Source of the DNA: Pedobacter sp.
Lineage (GTDB): Bacteria > Bacteroidota > Bacteroidia > Sphingobacteriales > Sphingobacteriaceae
Direction: 5' to 3'
Assembly: GCA_014377775.1 (NCBI GenBank)
Contig: JACMOW010000248.1
Coordinates: 16,966-80,965, forward strand
Length of the DNA: 64,000 nucleotides
Positions within the stretch are counted from its first letter, which is position 1; every line of letters begins with the position of its first letter. Shown here piece after piece: positions 55,529 to 64,000 of this stretch. The notes beneath the pieces are model-generated. The model did not search any database, had not been told where the DNA came from, and saw only the letters and a program-made list of their open reading frames with translations. The position numbers and the translations under genes were made by a program.

Positions 55529-56812
55529 ATGAACATCGAAAAAAGTCAATTAGAAAAACATAACGATTCGCTTTTAACAAGGCACCAGCAAAAGCTGAAT
55601 AATTTAAAGAACGAATGGCAAGGTATTGATATCGAAGTAGTAATCCAAAAACTAGTCGATTTTCAGATTGCCATTCCAAGTTGGGCACTGGGTACTGGCG
55701 GAACGCGCTTTGGTCGTTTTGCAATTAACGGTGGAGAACCTCGAACAATTGAAGAAAAAATTGAAGATGTAGGACTAATACATGCCTTAAATGCATCAAG
55801 TGGAGCAATATCACTACATATTCCTTGGGATATCCCACAAAATCCTGAACACATTAAAAGCCTAGCGGCAAGTTACGGACTTAAGTTCGATGCGGTAAAT
55901 TCTAATACCTTTCAAGATCAACCCGGTCAACCAGTAAGCTACAAATTTGGCTCTTTACAACATGTAGATAAATCAGTTCGCCAACAGGCTATTGACCATA
56001 ATATTGAAGTAATTAAACAAGGAGTTTCTTTAGGGTCTGATTCTTTAACTGTTTGGTTAGCAGATGGTTCTTGCTTCCCTGGTCAGCTTAACTTTAGAAA
56101 AGCTTTTGAAAACACATTGGGCAGCTTAAAAGAAATTTATTCGGCCTTGCCAACCAATTGGAAAATGTTTGTAGAATATAAAGCTTACGAACCTAACTTT
56201 TACTCTACAACGGTTGGAGATTGGGGTCAGTCGTTATTATATGCCAATAAACTAGGCGAGAAAGCTTATACATTAGTCGATTTAGGTCACCACCTCCCAA
56301 ATGCGAACATTGAACAAATTGTTTCCTTATTGCTAATGGAAGGTAAGCTGGGTGGTTTCCATTTCAACGATTCGAAATATGGAGATGATGATTTAACCAC
56401 AGGAAGTATCAAGCCATATCAGCTATTCCTAATTTTTAATGAGCTAGTAGAGGGAATGGATGCGCGCAACATGGATCATGCAACTAGTTTAGGATGGATG
56501 ATAGATGCATCGCACAACGTGAAAGACCCTTTAGAAGATTTATTGCAATCTATAGAAGCCATTATGATTGCGTATGCACAGGCGTTATTTGTAGATCGAA
56601 AAGCCTTAACTGAGGCGCAGCAAAGTAATGATGTAGTACTTTGTCAAGAAATATTACAGCATACTTTCCGTAGTGATTTAAGAGCGTTGGTTGCTGAAGC
56701 AAGGTTGAGAGTTGGAGCAGCGTTAGCACCTTTAAATTTATACCGCAGTTTAAATTGTAGAAAGACTTTAATTGGCGAACGTGGACAACATACGGTTGCA
56801 ACCGGTTTATAA
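55529..56812 (+). CDS. L-rhamnose isomerase (RhaI type, xylose-isomerase-like TIM barrel)
   Basis: PSWALGTGGTRF, HIPWD, WLADG, EYKAYEP, DLGHH, HFNDSKYGDDD. Confidence 0.9.
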   Translation: MNIEKSQLEKHNDSLLTRHQQKLNNLKNEWQGIDIEVVIQKLVDFQIAIPSWALGTGGTRFGRFAINGGEPRTIEEKIEDVGLIHALNASSGAISLHIPWDIPQNPEHIKSLAASYGLKFDAVNSNTFQDQPGQPVSYKFGSLQHVDKSVRQQAIDHNIEVIKQGVSLGSDSLTVWLADGSCFPGQLNFRKAFENTLGSLKEIYSALPTNWKMFVEYKAYEPNFYSTTVGDWGQSLLYANKLGEKAYTLVDLGHHLPNANIEQIVSLLLMEGKLGGFHFNDSKYGDDDLTTGSIKPYQLFLIFNELVEGMDARNMDHATSLGWMIDASHNVKDPLEDLLQSIEAIMIAYAQALFVDRKALTEAQQSNDVVLCQEILQHTFRSDLRALVAEARLRVGAALAPLNLYRSLNCRKTLIGERGQHTVATGL

Positions 56813-56820
56813 ACAAATTT

Positions 56821-58200
56821 ATGCCTATACCAGTTATTGCCATATTTGACGTTGGAAAAACGAATAAAAAACTGTTTTTGATTGACGAAAATTATCAAAT
56901 TGTATTTGAACGTTCCGCACGTTTTGTAGAAACAGTGGATGAAGATGGCGAACCTTGTGAAAATTTGGAAAGTCTACGTTCTTCAGTGTACGATTCGTTG
57001 CAGCAAGTATCGAATATGGAAGAATATGAGATAAAAGCCATCAATTTCTCTACTTACGGTGCTAGTTTTGTATACTTGGATGAAAATGGAGAGCCCTTAA
57101 CGCCACTTTATAATTATTTAAAGGATTATCCAGAAGGGTTAAAGAAAGCATTTTATGCAAAATACGGAGGCGAGGAGCAGATTTCGCGTGAAACGGCATC
57201 CCCGATTTTGGGAAGTTTAAATTCGGGTATGCAACTTTACCGACTTAAAAAAGAAAAACCAGAATTATTTTCAAAAATAAAGTGGGCGCTACATTTGCCG
57301 CAGTATTTAAGTTTTTTACTTACGGGTAAGGCAGTGGCCGATATTACCAGTATAGGATGCCATACGCACCTTTGGGATTTTACTAAAAATCAATATCATC
57401 AATGGGTAATTGAAGAAGGGTTAGATGCTAAATTTGGAACATTTACTCCAGCTGATTCCAGTTCAGAAGCCTTTTATGAAGGTAAAAATTATCAGATTGG
57501 GGTAGGACTACATGATAGTTCTGCTGCGCTAATACCTTATTTAGCTAATTTTTCTACACCCTTCGTGCTATTATCAACAGGAACGTGGTGCATTAGCTTA
57601 AATCCTTTTAATCAAGATCCTTTAACAGCAGAAGAGCTGAAGCAAGATTGCTTATGTTATATGCATTTTAAGGGTAAAGCTGTTAAGGCATCTCGTATTT
57701 TTGCAGGAAGTGAACACGATCAACAGTTGAAACGAATAGCTGATCATTTTGATCGCGCCGCTTATCTTTTTAAACACTTAAAATTTAATCCAGGATTATT
57801 TTTGAAGTTGGGAGCTAAAATTCCAGAAAATCAGCTGCCGCAATTGGCATTTAGTACTGTATCTGCTTTTGGAATGCGAGATTTGAATCTATTTAAAACG
57901 GCTGAAGAAGCTTATCATCAATTAATTTTCGATTTGATTAAGCAACAAATTTATTCATTAAGATTGGTTTTGAACTCTGATGTGAAACGGGTTTTTGTTG
58001 ATGGAGGTTTTGGTAAAAATGCAATTTATATGCACTTGTTGGCAATTTCTATCCCAGATATTGAAGTATATGCTTCATCAGTTTCTCAGGCCACAGCAAT
58101 TGGTACGGCATTATCAATTAACGATGTATGGAATACAAATGTAATCCCTAATGATATTATTGAACTTAAGTATTATTCGTTTATACAACGCACTCTTTAG
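56821..58200 (+). CDS. FGGY carbohydrate kinase (probable rhamnulokinase)
   Basis: FDVGKTN, GLHDSSA, STGTW, VDGGF; lies in the rha operon. Confidence 0.87.
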   Translation: MPIPVIAIFDVGKTNKKLFLIDENYQIVFERSARFVETVDEDGEPCENLESLRSSVYDSLQQVSNMEEYEIKAINFSTYGASFVYLDENGEPLTPLYNYLKDYPEGLKKAFYAKYGGEEQISRETASPILGSLNSGMQLYRLKKEKPELFSKIKWALHLPQYLSFLLTGKAVADITSIGCHTHLWDFTKNQYHQWVIEEGLDAKFGTFTPADSSSEAFYEGKNYQIGVGLHDSSAALIPYLANFSTPFVLLSTGTWCISLNPFNQDPLTAEELKQDCLCYMHFKGKAVKASRIFAGSEHDQQLKRIADHFDRAAYLFKHLKFNPGLFLKLGAKIPENQLPQLAFSTVSAFGMRDLNLFKTAEEAYHQLIFDLIKQQIYSLRLVLNSDVKRVFVDGGFGKNAIYMHLLAISIPDIEVYASSVSQATAIGTALSINDVWNTNVIPNDIIELKYYSFIQRTL

Positions 58201-58229
58201 CCTGCCTACAGTTTTAGGGGAAATGGGGA

Positions 58230-58506
58230 CTGCGTAAACTTGGCGTAGTAGAATCGGTTCCTGGTAAGGGATATTTTATCATGAATACCAATTTTTGCAG
58301 AAAATTAAAAATATGTTTGTTATTTAATAAACTAAGTACGCATAAGAAAATTACTCTTCCAAAGGAGAATTATTTCCAAAAAAATATTGACAGGATTTTA
58401 TTGGTTGTGCCAGCAATATGCCTTTAATCATACAGTAATTCATCAGATTAAGTTAGAGGAAATTAATGTTAGTGAAGTATATATTAATTTAATGGAAGAT
58501 AACTTG
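58230..58506 (+). pseudogene. Decayed GntR regulator, paralog of the 36293 gene
   Basis: LRKLGVVESVPGKGYFIMNTNFCRKLKICLLFNKLSTHKKI aligns with LKKEGYVIGVPGKGNY..LKILMILNKMSSYKKE. After an internal deletion (~58352) and frameshift (~58380), ILTGFYWLCQQYAFNH..EVYINLMEDNL aligns with IINGVEAFC..TAYITLTENEL. Confidence 0.78.
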
Positions 58507-58524
58507 GAGTCTAACTACTCGATA

Positions 58525-59211
58525 CTATTTCGGAATAAAATTTAAAAAGGACTGAAATTGAGATCGATGTTTCAATTTGTCTAATTTAAAATAAAAAGCA
58601 CCTCTTTTGGAATTCGATTTATCTTTTTCGTTTTGTTTAATTAACATACCACTTGATGTGATTTTGCGAATGAAATTCCGATTGTCTATTGGTGAATCAT
58701 ACACCTGCTCATATAGTGCCTGTAGTTGTGGAATGGTGAATTTTTTTGGTAATAATTCAAATAAAATAGGATGTAGTGCTGCCTGATAACGAATTTTATC
58801 TAAAGCAGCCTTTACCATTCGATTGTGATCAAAAATTAATTCGGGTACCTCCTTCAATTTAAACCATTCGGCATGATAAAGATTATTAATCTGCTTACTA
58901 TACTTCTTAATATCGATTAATGCAAAATAGGCAATAGAAATAGTTCTTTCTATCGGATCTCTATTAGGGTCGCCATATGCATGCAATTGTTCTAAATATA
59001 CATCATGTAATCCGGTAAGAGATGAAAGAATCCTTTTAGCAGCATCATTTAAATCTTCACTTTCCCCTACAAAACCACCCATTAAACTCCATTGATCGCT
59101 AACTGGTTGAATGGGTCTTTTAATGATTAATAATTTTAAATCTTCACCATCGTAACCGAAAATTATACAATCTACAGCTATTAGGTGTGGTTTTTGATTA
59201 AGGTACTTCAT
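58525..59211 (-). CDS. NrtR-family transcriptional regulator (Nudix-like sensor plus wHTH; AraR/XylR-like)
   Basis: AVDCIIF, WSLMGGFV...EDLNDAAKRIL (degenerate Nudix box), RDP, FTIPQLQ..DNRNFIRKI. Confidence 0.88.
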   Translation of the reverse strand: MKYLNQKPHLIAVDCIIFGYDGEDLKLLIIKRPIQPVSDQWSLMGGFVGESEDLNDAAKRILSSLTGLHDVYLEQLHAYGDPNRDPIERTISIAYFALIDIKKYSKQINNLYHAEWFKLKEVPELIFDHNRMVKAALDKIRYQAALHPILFELLPKKFTIPQLQALYEQVYDSPIDNRNFIRKITSSGMLIKQNEKDKSNSKRGAFYFKLDKLKHRSQFQSFLNFIPK

Positions 59212-59213
59212 GT

Positions 59214-59885
59214 TTAAAACAAATGTGTTAAAATAGGATCGTTATAATCGGCAATATATCCTAAAATATTATCGAAATGCTCAAAATCTTGAATATTATG
59301 TGTTGTGGTTATCACGAAGCATTTCATACCTGCTCTATTAGCCGATTCAACACCCTTTGGAACATCTTCAAAAATAATACAATCCTCAGGCTTTACCCCC
59401 AGCGCATCAGCGGCATTTATGAAAGTTTCAGGATCTGGTTTGCTTAATTTAACATTGTTTGCACTAACAATTGCATCAAAATAAGATCTAATATCAAGTT
59501 TGTCTATTACAAAATCGATGTTAAAAGGAATTGCTGCAGAGCCAATCGCCATTTTAATCTTATGATCTTTAGCTTTTGATAAAAATTGATGTAGCCCATC
59601 AATCAATTTAAGCGAAGGAAGGTAAGCTTCTTGATAAAGTTTCTCTTTTTGCATGGAAATGATTTCAACTTGTTCTGGCGTAAAGTGGTCTTTACCAAAA
59701 ATACGTACTAAAAGCTCCTCATTTTTACCGTACATTTCCTTTTTTACATCTTCATAAGAAATGATAAAGCTTAGTTTTTTATTAATAGTGGCGTGCCAGG
59801 CATCAGCATGATACTTCATGTCGTTTATCATGGTTCCATTTAAATCGAACAGAAAGGCTTTAGGCTTAAAATTTGTATCTTGCAT
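59214..59885 (-). CDS. HAD-superfamily phosphatase (beta-PGM/CbbY-like)
   Basis: FDLNGT motif I, GSAA motif II, KPDPE motif III, FEDVPKG motif IV. Confidence 0.87.
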   Translation of the reverse strand: MQDTNFKPKAFLFDLNGTMINDMKYHADAWHATINKKLSFIISYEDVKKEMYGKNEELLVRIFGKDHFTPEQVEIISMQKEKLYQEAYLPSLKLIDGLHQFLSKAKDHKIKMAIGSAAIPFNIDFVIDKLDIRSYFDAIVSANNVKLSKPDPETFINAADALGVKPEDCIIFEDVPKGVESANRAGMKCFVITTTHNIQDFEHFDNILGYIADYNDPILTHLF

Positions 59886-59908
59886 AATAAATGCTAAAAT
59901 AAAAATTA

Positions 59909-59929
59909 TAATCGTTATAATAACGTTAA
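59909..59929. promoter_or_regulatory. 21-bp GT-N7-AC palindrome in the divergent HAD-NrtR / galM promoter
   Basis: TAATCGTTATAATAACGTTAA with perfect core CGTTAT-A-ATAACG; -7-like TACATTAG at 59941-59948. Confidence 0.65.
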
Positions 59930-59968
59930 TTTATTTTCCTTACATTAGCCATAATCAAAATAAACCTC

Positions 59969-61114
59969 ATGAAAATTCTTTCCATAAAATCAATTTTATT
60001 TCCAACTATTTGTTTTGCTTTAGTATTTACATCTTGTAATTCCAATACTTCATCATCAGATAAATCAGAAACAAAAAGCGATGCATCATATACCGCTACC
60101 ATTGATGGTAAAACAGTAAAATTGTATACGCTAACTAACAAGAGTGGCGCTTCCGTTTCTATTACCAATTACGGGGGGCGTGTTGTTTCTATACTTGTTC
60201 CAGATAAGGATAATAGGCTGGTTGATGTATCATTGGGCTATGATAGTGTAAAATCATATCGTAAAGAAGGAGAGCCGTTTTTTGGGGCATTAATTGGTCG
60301 TTATGGCAACAGAATTGGAAAAGGCAAGTTTACTTTAGAGGGAAAAGAATACCAATTGCAATTAAATAATGGTCCGAATACCTTGCATGGTGGTACTGAT
60401 GGTTTTTTCTCTAAAGTTTGGGACGCTAAACAAGATGGACAAAAATTAGAACTAAGCTATAATTCGAGAGACGGAGAGGCGGGTTACCCAGGAACCTTAA
60501 CTGTAAAAGTAGTGTATACCTTAACAGATGATAATGCACTTCAAATAGAATATACCGCAACAACAGACAAGACTACGATCGTAAATTTAACCAATCATAC
60601 CTATTTTAATTTAAGTGGAGAAGGTAGTGCAACGATTTTAGATCACGAGTTGATGATTACTGCTGATGCATACACTCCAGTAGATTCGACGCTTATCCCA
60701 ACAGGGAATTTAACTCCTGTTAAAGGCACTGCCTTCGATTTTACCGTAGCTAAAACTATCGGAAAAGAAATTGAAAACGTTGATGAGCAGTTGAAATTTG
60801 GAAAGGGATACGATCATAATTGGGCATTGATTAAAAATGATGGGAAAACAGCTGTTGCAAGAGTTAAAAGTCCTGTTTCTGGAATTATAATGGAAGTGTA
60901 TACTACCGAACCGGGTCTACAATTTTATTGTGGAAACTTTATGACAGGTATAGATAAAGACGGAAAAGGTGGTAAATCGTATCCATATCGCTCTGCATTT
61001 TGTTTAGAAACCCAACACTTTCCTGATGCGCCTAATCATGCTAATTTTGCATCAACGGTGTTAAAACCTGGAGAAACGTATACTACAAGCACAACCTATA
61101 AGTTTTTGAAATAG
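59969..61114 (+). CDS. galM: Aldose 1-epimerase (mutarotase), lipoprotein
   Basis: IGRYGNRI, LHGG, GYPG, NLTNHTYFNL, GYDHNW, FCLETQHFPD; LVFTSC lipobox. Confidence 0.92.
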   Translation: MKILSIKSILFPTICFALVFTSCNSNTSSSDKSETKSDASYTATIDGKTVKLYTLTNKSGASVSITNYGGRVVSILVPDKDNRLVDVSLGYDSVKSYRKEGEPFFGALIGRYGNRIGKGKFTLEGKEYQLQLNNGPNTLHGGTDGFFSKVWDAKQDGQKLELSYNSRDGEAGYPGTLTVKVVYTLTDDNALQIEYTATTDKTTIVNLTNHTYFNLSGEGSATILDHELMITADAYTPVDSTLIPTGNLTPVKGTAFDFTVAKTIGKEIENVDEQLKFGKGYDHNWALIKNDGKTAVARVKSPVSGIIMEVYTTEPGLQFYCGNFMTGIDKDGKGGKSYPYRSAFCLETQHFPDAPNHANFASTVLKPGETYTTSTTYKFLK

Positions 61115-61115
61115 C

Positions 61116-61222
61116 TTTTTAGTAGTTGGTATATAATAGTTTGTACTTAGATAAAACGCTTTAAGCACGATGCGATATGAATCCAATTAGAATACTAAGT
61201 ACTGTATACCCACTACGAAAAA
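61116..61222. repeat. Imperfect long inverted repeat between convergent genes (MITE/REP-like or bidirectional terminator)
   Basis: Left arm TTTTTAGTAGTTGGTATA...GTACTTAG; right arm CTAAGTACTGTATACCCACTACGAAAAA. Confidence 0.5.
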
Positions 61223-61276
61223 ACATAGATGCAAAAAAAGTATTTTAAGCTTTGTTCTACAGTCTTTCCGCTTCGC

Positions 61277-62446
61277 TTATGTTTTCAGCAATCTTTCTGG
61301 GAACTGAGAAACTTTTTCAATGGTAACTTGCTGCATCACTTGGTACAAATGGGCCTTAAACATGTTAATTGTATGTTCTCCGCCTTCATCGCCCAAAGCA
61401 CCTACACCGTACATGAAAGGTCGCCCCATAAAGTTAAAATCAGAACCAACGGCATGCGCTCTTGCTAAATCAACACCAGAGCGAATGCCTCCATCTAACA
61501 TGATTTTTAATTTAGATCGGTAATCTTGATTATTCGCTAATTTAATCAGTGAATTGATAGACGACTCGCCTGCGTCAATTTGCCTTCCTCCGTGGTTTGA
61601 GACAATTACACCGTCTACACCAATTTGAATCGCAGCCTGCATATCTTCGTCCGTCGCAATTCCTTTCAATACCAGTGGACCTTTCCAAATATCACGGATG
61701 GCCATCACTTTTTCTACATTCACTTTGCCAGTAAATGTTCTATTCATAAATTGTCCCAATTGCGCCATATCCAGCCCTTTTTCCATGTATGGCTTTAATG
61801 TTGCAAATGATGGAATCCCGTGCTGCAAGGTTTTTATCCCCCATAGGGGACGAGCTACTGCCTGCAATACATTGTTAATCGACATTTTTGGTGGTATGGA
61901 TAATCCACTCTTAATCTCTTTATATCTTAAACCGAAAGCAGGGACATCTACCAATACAACTAATACAGGGCATTCGACCGCTTTTAATCTGTTTAAAATA
62001 TCATCTCTTAATCTGTTTTCTGTGGGGTGGTACAATTGGAACCATGCTTTCCCATCAGATACTTCTGCAATGCGTTCTATACTACTAGTAGATACGGTAC
62101 TTAATATGTAGGGAATATCGTTTTTAGCAGCGGCTTTAGCTAAAATTTCGGGAGCATTCGGCCACATTAAACCTTGCAATCCTATCGGTGATATACCAAA
62201 AGGGGCACTATATCGATGCCCAAACAACTCAACAGATAGATCGATATCTCCACCTACGCGCAAATAATTAGGCTTGAGGTAAATATTGTTGAAGTCACTT
62301 TCGTTACGTGATAAATTGAGTCCCTCATTACAGCCGCCTTCTAGGTAGTCGAAAGCGAACTTGGGAATTCGGCTTTTGGCCTTGCGTCGTAAGTCGGCAA
62401 CAGAGGGGTATCGAGAATTGTAGGAGAAAGTAATTTTTTTAGTCAT
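61277..62446 (-). CDS. FMN-dependent alpha-hydroxy acid dehydrogenase (L-lactate dehydrogenase LldD-like)
   Basis: FDYLEGG, WFQLY, LKGI, SNHGGRQ, DGGIRSG, GRPF. Start 62446 preferred; 62470 also possible. Confidence 0.88.
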   Translation of the reverse strand: MTKKITFSYNSRYPSVADLRRKAKSRIPKFAFDYLEGGCNEGLNLSRNESDFNNIYLKPNYLRVGGDIDLSVELFGHRYSAPFGISPIGLQGLMWPNAPEILAKAAAKNDIPYILSTVSTSSIERIAEVSDGKAWFQLYHPTENRLRDDILNRLKAVECPVLVVLVDVPAFGLRYKEIKSGLSIPPKMSINNVLQAVARPLWGIKTLQHGIPSFATLKPYMEKGLDMAQLGQFMNRTFTGKVNVEKVMAIRDIWKGPLVLKGIATDEDMQAAIQIGVDGVIVSNHGGRQIDAGESSINSLIKLANNQDYRSKLKIMLDGGIRSGVDLARAHAVGSDFNFMGRPFMYGVGALGDEGGEHTINMFKAHLYQVMQQVTIEKVSQFPERLLKT

Positions 62447-62511
62447 ATTTAATTTGGATCCTTCAAACATAGGTCTTTTGGTAAGATTAACTGTTATGTG
62501 CTGTTAGGGTT

Positions 62512-63348
62512 TTATAGGTCTAATGATGTCAAATTATAAAAACGATCTACATTGCCAGAAAAGAATTGTTTACGTTCATTTTCAGTAAATCTTGAAGTGT
62601 ATTTCGAAACTAGGCTGAGCCAATCTTTATACGGTCTACTTACTAGCACTACCGGCCAATCACTTCCGTATATCACTCGATCGGCACCAAAATGCTCGAA
62701 AATTACATCGAAACAATTAAATAGCTGTTTTTCAGTCCAATTATCCCAATCAGCTTCTACTAATAATCCTGAAATTTTGCAACTTACATTTGGATGTTGT
62801 GAAAGCACTTTGATATTTTCTTTCCACTTCTCTAAATCTTGATTCTTAACATCAGGCTTGCCGCAATGATCTAATACCAAAGGTTGGTCTTCAAGTTTGT
62901 CTACAAGCTGTATAATGGCTGGCAATTGGGTATGGTAGCATAATATATCGTAAGTATAGCCATAATTGTTTAAGGTCCGCACACCCTGAGCGAAACGATC
63001 AGCTACTATAAATTCATCTGGCTCTGCTTGTAATACATGTCTCCACCCCTTAATTAACTTAAAATTAGACCAATAATTTAATCTTTCTTCGAGTTGGTTG
63101 CTACACAAATCAACCCATCCTACAATTCCTTTAATAGCTGGATTTTCTTTAGCCAATGAAAGTAAAAAGTGGTTCTGATTTTCAGTTTGATCGGCCTGAA
63201 CAGCAATACATCCCGAAATCGGAGTTAATGAGGTTGCTTTAGCAAAATCTGCTGGCGTAAAATCATTACGTATAGCATTCATTTCGGGTGTTATCCAACT
63301 ATCTCTAACTGGATCAAAGTTCCAAAAATGCACATGAGAGTCGATCAA
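62512..63348 (-). CDS. Amidohydrolase-family sugar lactonase (L-fucono-/L-rhamnono-lactonase-like)
   Basis: IDSHVHFW, VQAD, LDHCGKP, KISG, YGSDWP; TTG start overlapping the upstream stop. Confidence 0.82.
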   Translation of the reverse strand: MIDSHVHFWNFDPVRDSWITPEMNAIRNDFTPADFAKATSLTPISGCIAVQADQTENQNHFLLSLAKENPAIKGIVGWVDLCSNQLEERLNYWSNFKLIKGWRHVLQAEPDEFIVADRFAQGVRTLNNYGYTYDILCYHTQLPAIIQLVDKLEDQPLVLDHCGKPDVKNQDLEKWKENIKVLSQHPNVSCKISGLLVEADWDNWTEKQLFNCFDVIFEHFGADRVIYGSDWPVVLVSRPYKDWLSLVSKYTSRFTENERKQFFSGNVDRFYNLTSLDL

Positions 63349-63674
63349 AGTTTAAAAATTTGATCCATTATTAGCCATTTTTCGCCAGATTTAGACCACG
63401 ATAAGGCTTGCTGAAAATTCCACATTAATTTTTCCCATTCTTGCACTTTTGTATTTGCTTTATCTGCTTTGTTTTTAGCCTCAAAAGAAAAATCATCATC
63501 CACTTCCATAATCATCAATAAACGGTTCACAATTAAATAGATTTCCAAATTTAAAACACCAACTTCTTTCAGAGCATCTTTAACCTCTGGCCAAACCGAT
63601 TTATGGTATGATTTATAGGTCGAAATCGATTTTTGATCATCTTTTAGATCAAGTGTAAAACAATATCTATCCAT
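63345..63674 (-). CDS. RhaM/DUF718-family mutarotase (L-fucose or L-rhamnose)
   Basis: RYCFTLDLKDD...YKSYH..VWPEV, VQEWEKLMWNFQQ. Confidence 0.85.
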   Translation of the reverse strand: MDRYCFTLDLKDDQKSISTYKSYHKSVWPEVKDALKEVGVLNLEIYLIVNRLLMIMEVDDDFSFEAKNKADKANTKVQEWEKLMWNFQQALSWSKSGEKWLIMDQIFKL

Positions 63675-64000
63675 AATAAGCTTTAGCTAGTTGTTTGCTA
63701 CTTCCAAGCCCATCAATACCCAATTCTACTACATCGCCCGGTTTTAAATACCATGGCTCAGGTTTTTGTCCTAATCCTACGCCAGCGGGTGTTCCTGTGG
63801 TAATCACATCTCCGGGTAAAAGAGTCATGAATTGACTCAAATATGAAACAATATAAGGTACCTTAAATATAAGATTTGAGGTATTGCCATTTTGTAACAT
63901 TTTACCATTTACAGTAAGCCATAGACGCAAATTATGAATATCGGCAATTTCATCTGGAGTGGCTATAAATGGACCGATAGGAGCGAAGGTATCAGAACTT
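63667..64000 (-). CDS. Fumarylacetoacetate hydrolase family protein (C-terminal part; gene runs past the window end)
   Basis: Frame is open to the edge: SDTFAPIGPFIATPDEI..LRLWLTVNG..LLPGDVITTGTPAGVG. Confidence 0.88.
   Translation of the reverse strand, partial: SSDTFAPIGPFIATPDEIADIHNLRLWLTVNGKMLQNGNTSNLIFKVPYIVSYLSQFMTLLPGDVITTGTPAGVGLGQKPEPWYLKPGDVVELGIDGLGSSKQLAKAYYG

Noticed and set aside
186-62842. Many 60-150 aa ORFs antisense or out of frame within long genes (e.g. 6284-6736, 25503-25883, 61698-62111)
   Set aside because: They overlap well-supported CDSs and show no motifs; expected shadow ORFs.
1-64000. CRISPR arrays, tRNA/rRNA genes, transposases, integrases, prophage genes
   Set aside because: No repeat-spacer periodicity, RNA-gene signatures or mobile-element ORFs were recognised by eye; short structured RNAs could have been missed without a covariance search.

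Overview
AT-rich Bacteroidota DNA, probably Sphingobacteriaceae/Pedobacter-like (inferred from SusC/SusD pairs, lipoprotein signals and gene content). Four blocks. (1) ~2.2-37.3 kb: a rhamnogalacturonan-I-type polysaccharide utilisation locus with PL11, two GH2, two CE12, GH105, GH115, GH31, RhaM, GH106, two SusC/SusD pairs interleaved with three fasciclin lipoproteins, and a GntR regulator. (2) 37.9-47.7 kb: a tightly coupled signalling/cell-wall operon: Ser/Thr kinase A, degenerate FHA protein, an unannotated 32-aa membrane peptide, membrane PP2C phosphatase, a 1311-aa SEDS(RodA/FtsW)-class B PBP fusion, intact FHA protein and Ser/Thr kinase B. It parallels the actinobacterial fhaAB-pstP-rodA-pbpA-pknAB cluster, in a phylum where I know of no characterised example, and is the best candidate for an undescribed system. 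(3) 47.7-52 kb: MFS exporter, M28 peptidase pseudogene, S9 peptidase. (4) 52-64 kb: phosphorylative L-rhamnose catabolism, a decayed GntR gene, an NrtR-family regulator, HAD phosphatase, GalM, and the end of a non-phosphorylative deoxy-sugar operon. Two recurring non-coding motifs link distant loci: a 21-bp GT-N7-AC palindrome and a 10-bp-period RCAGG direct repeat. No rRNA, tRNA, CRISPR array or transposase was seen. All calls come from motif reading by eye; no searches were run.
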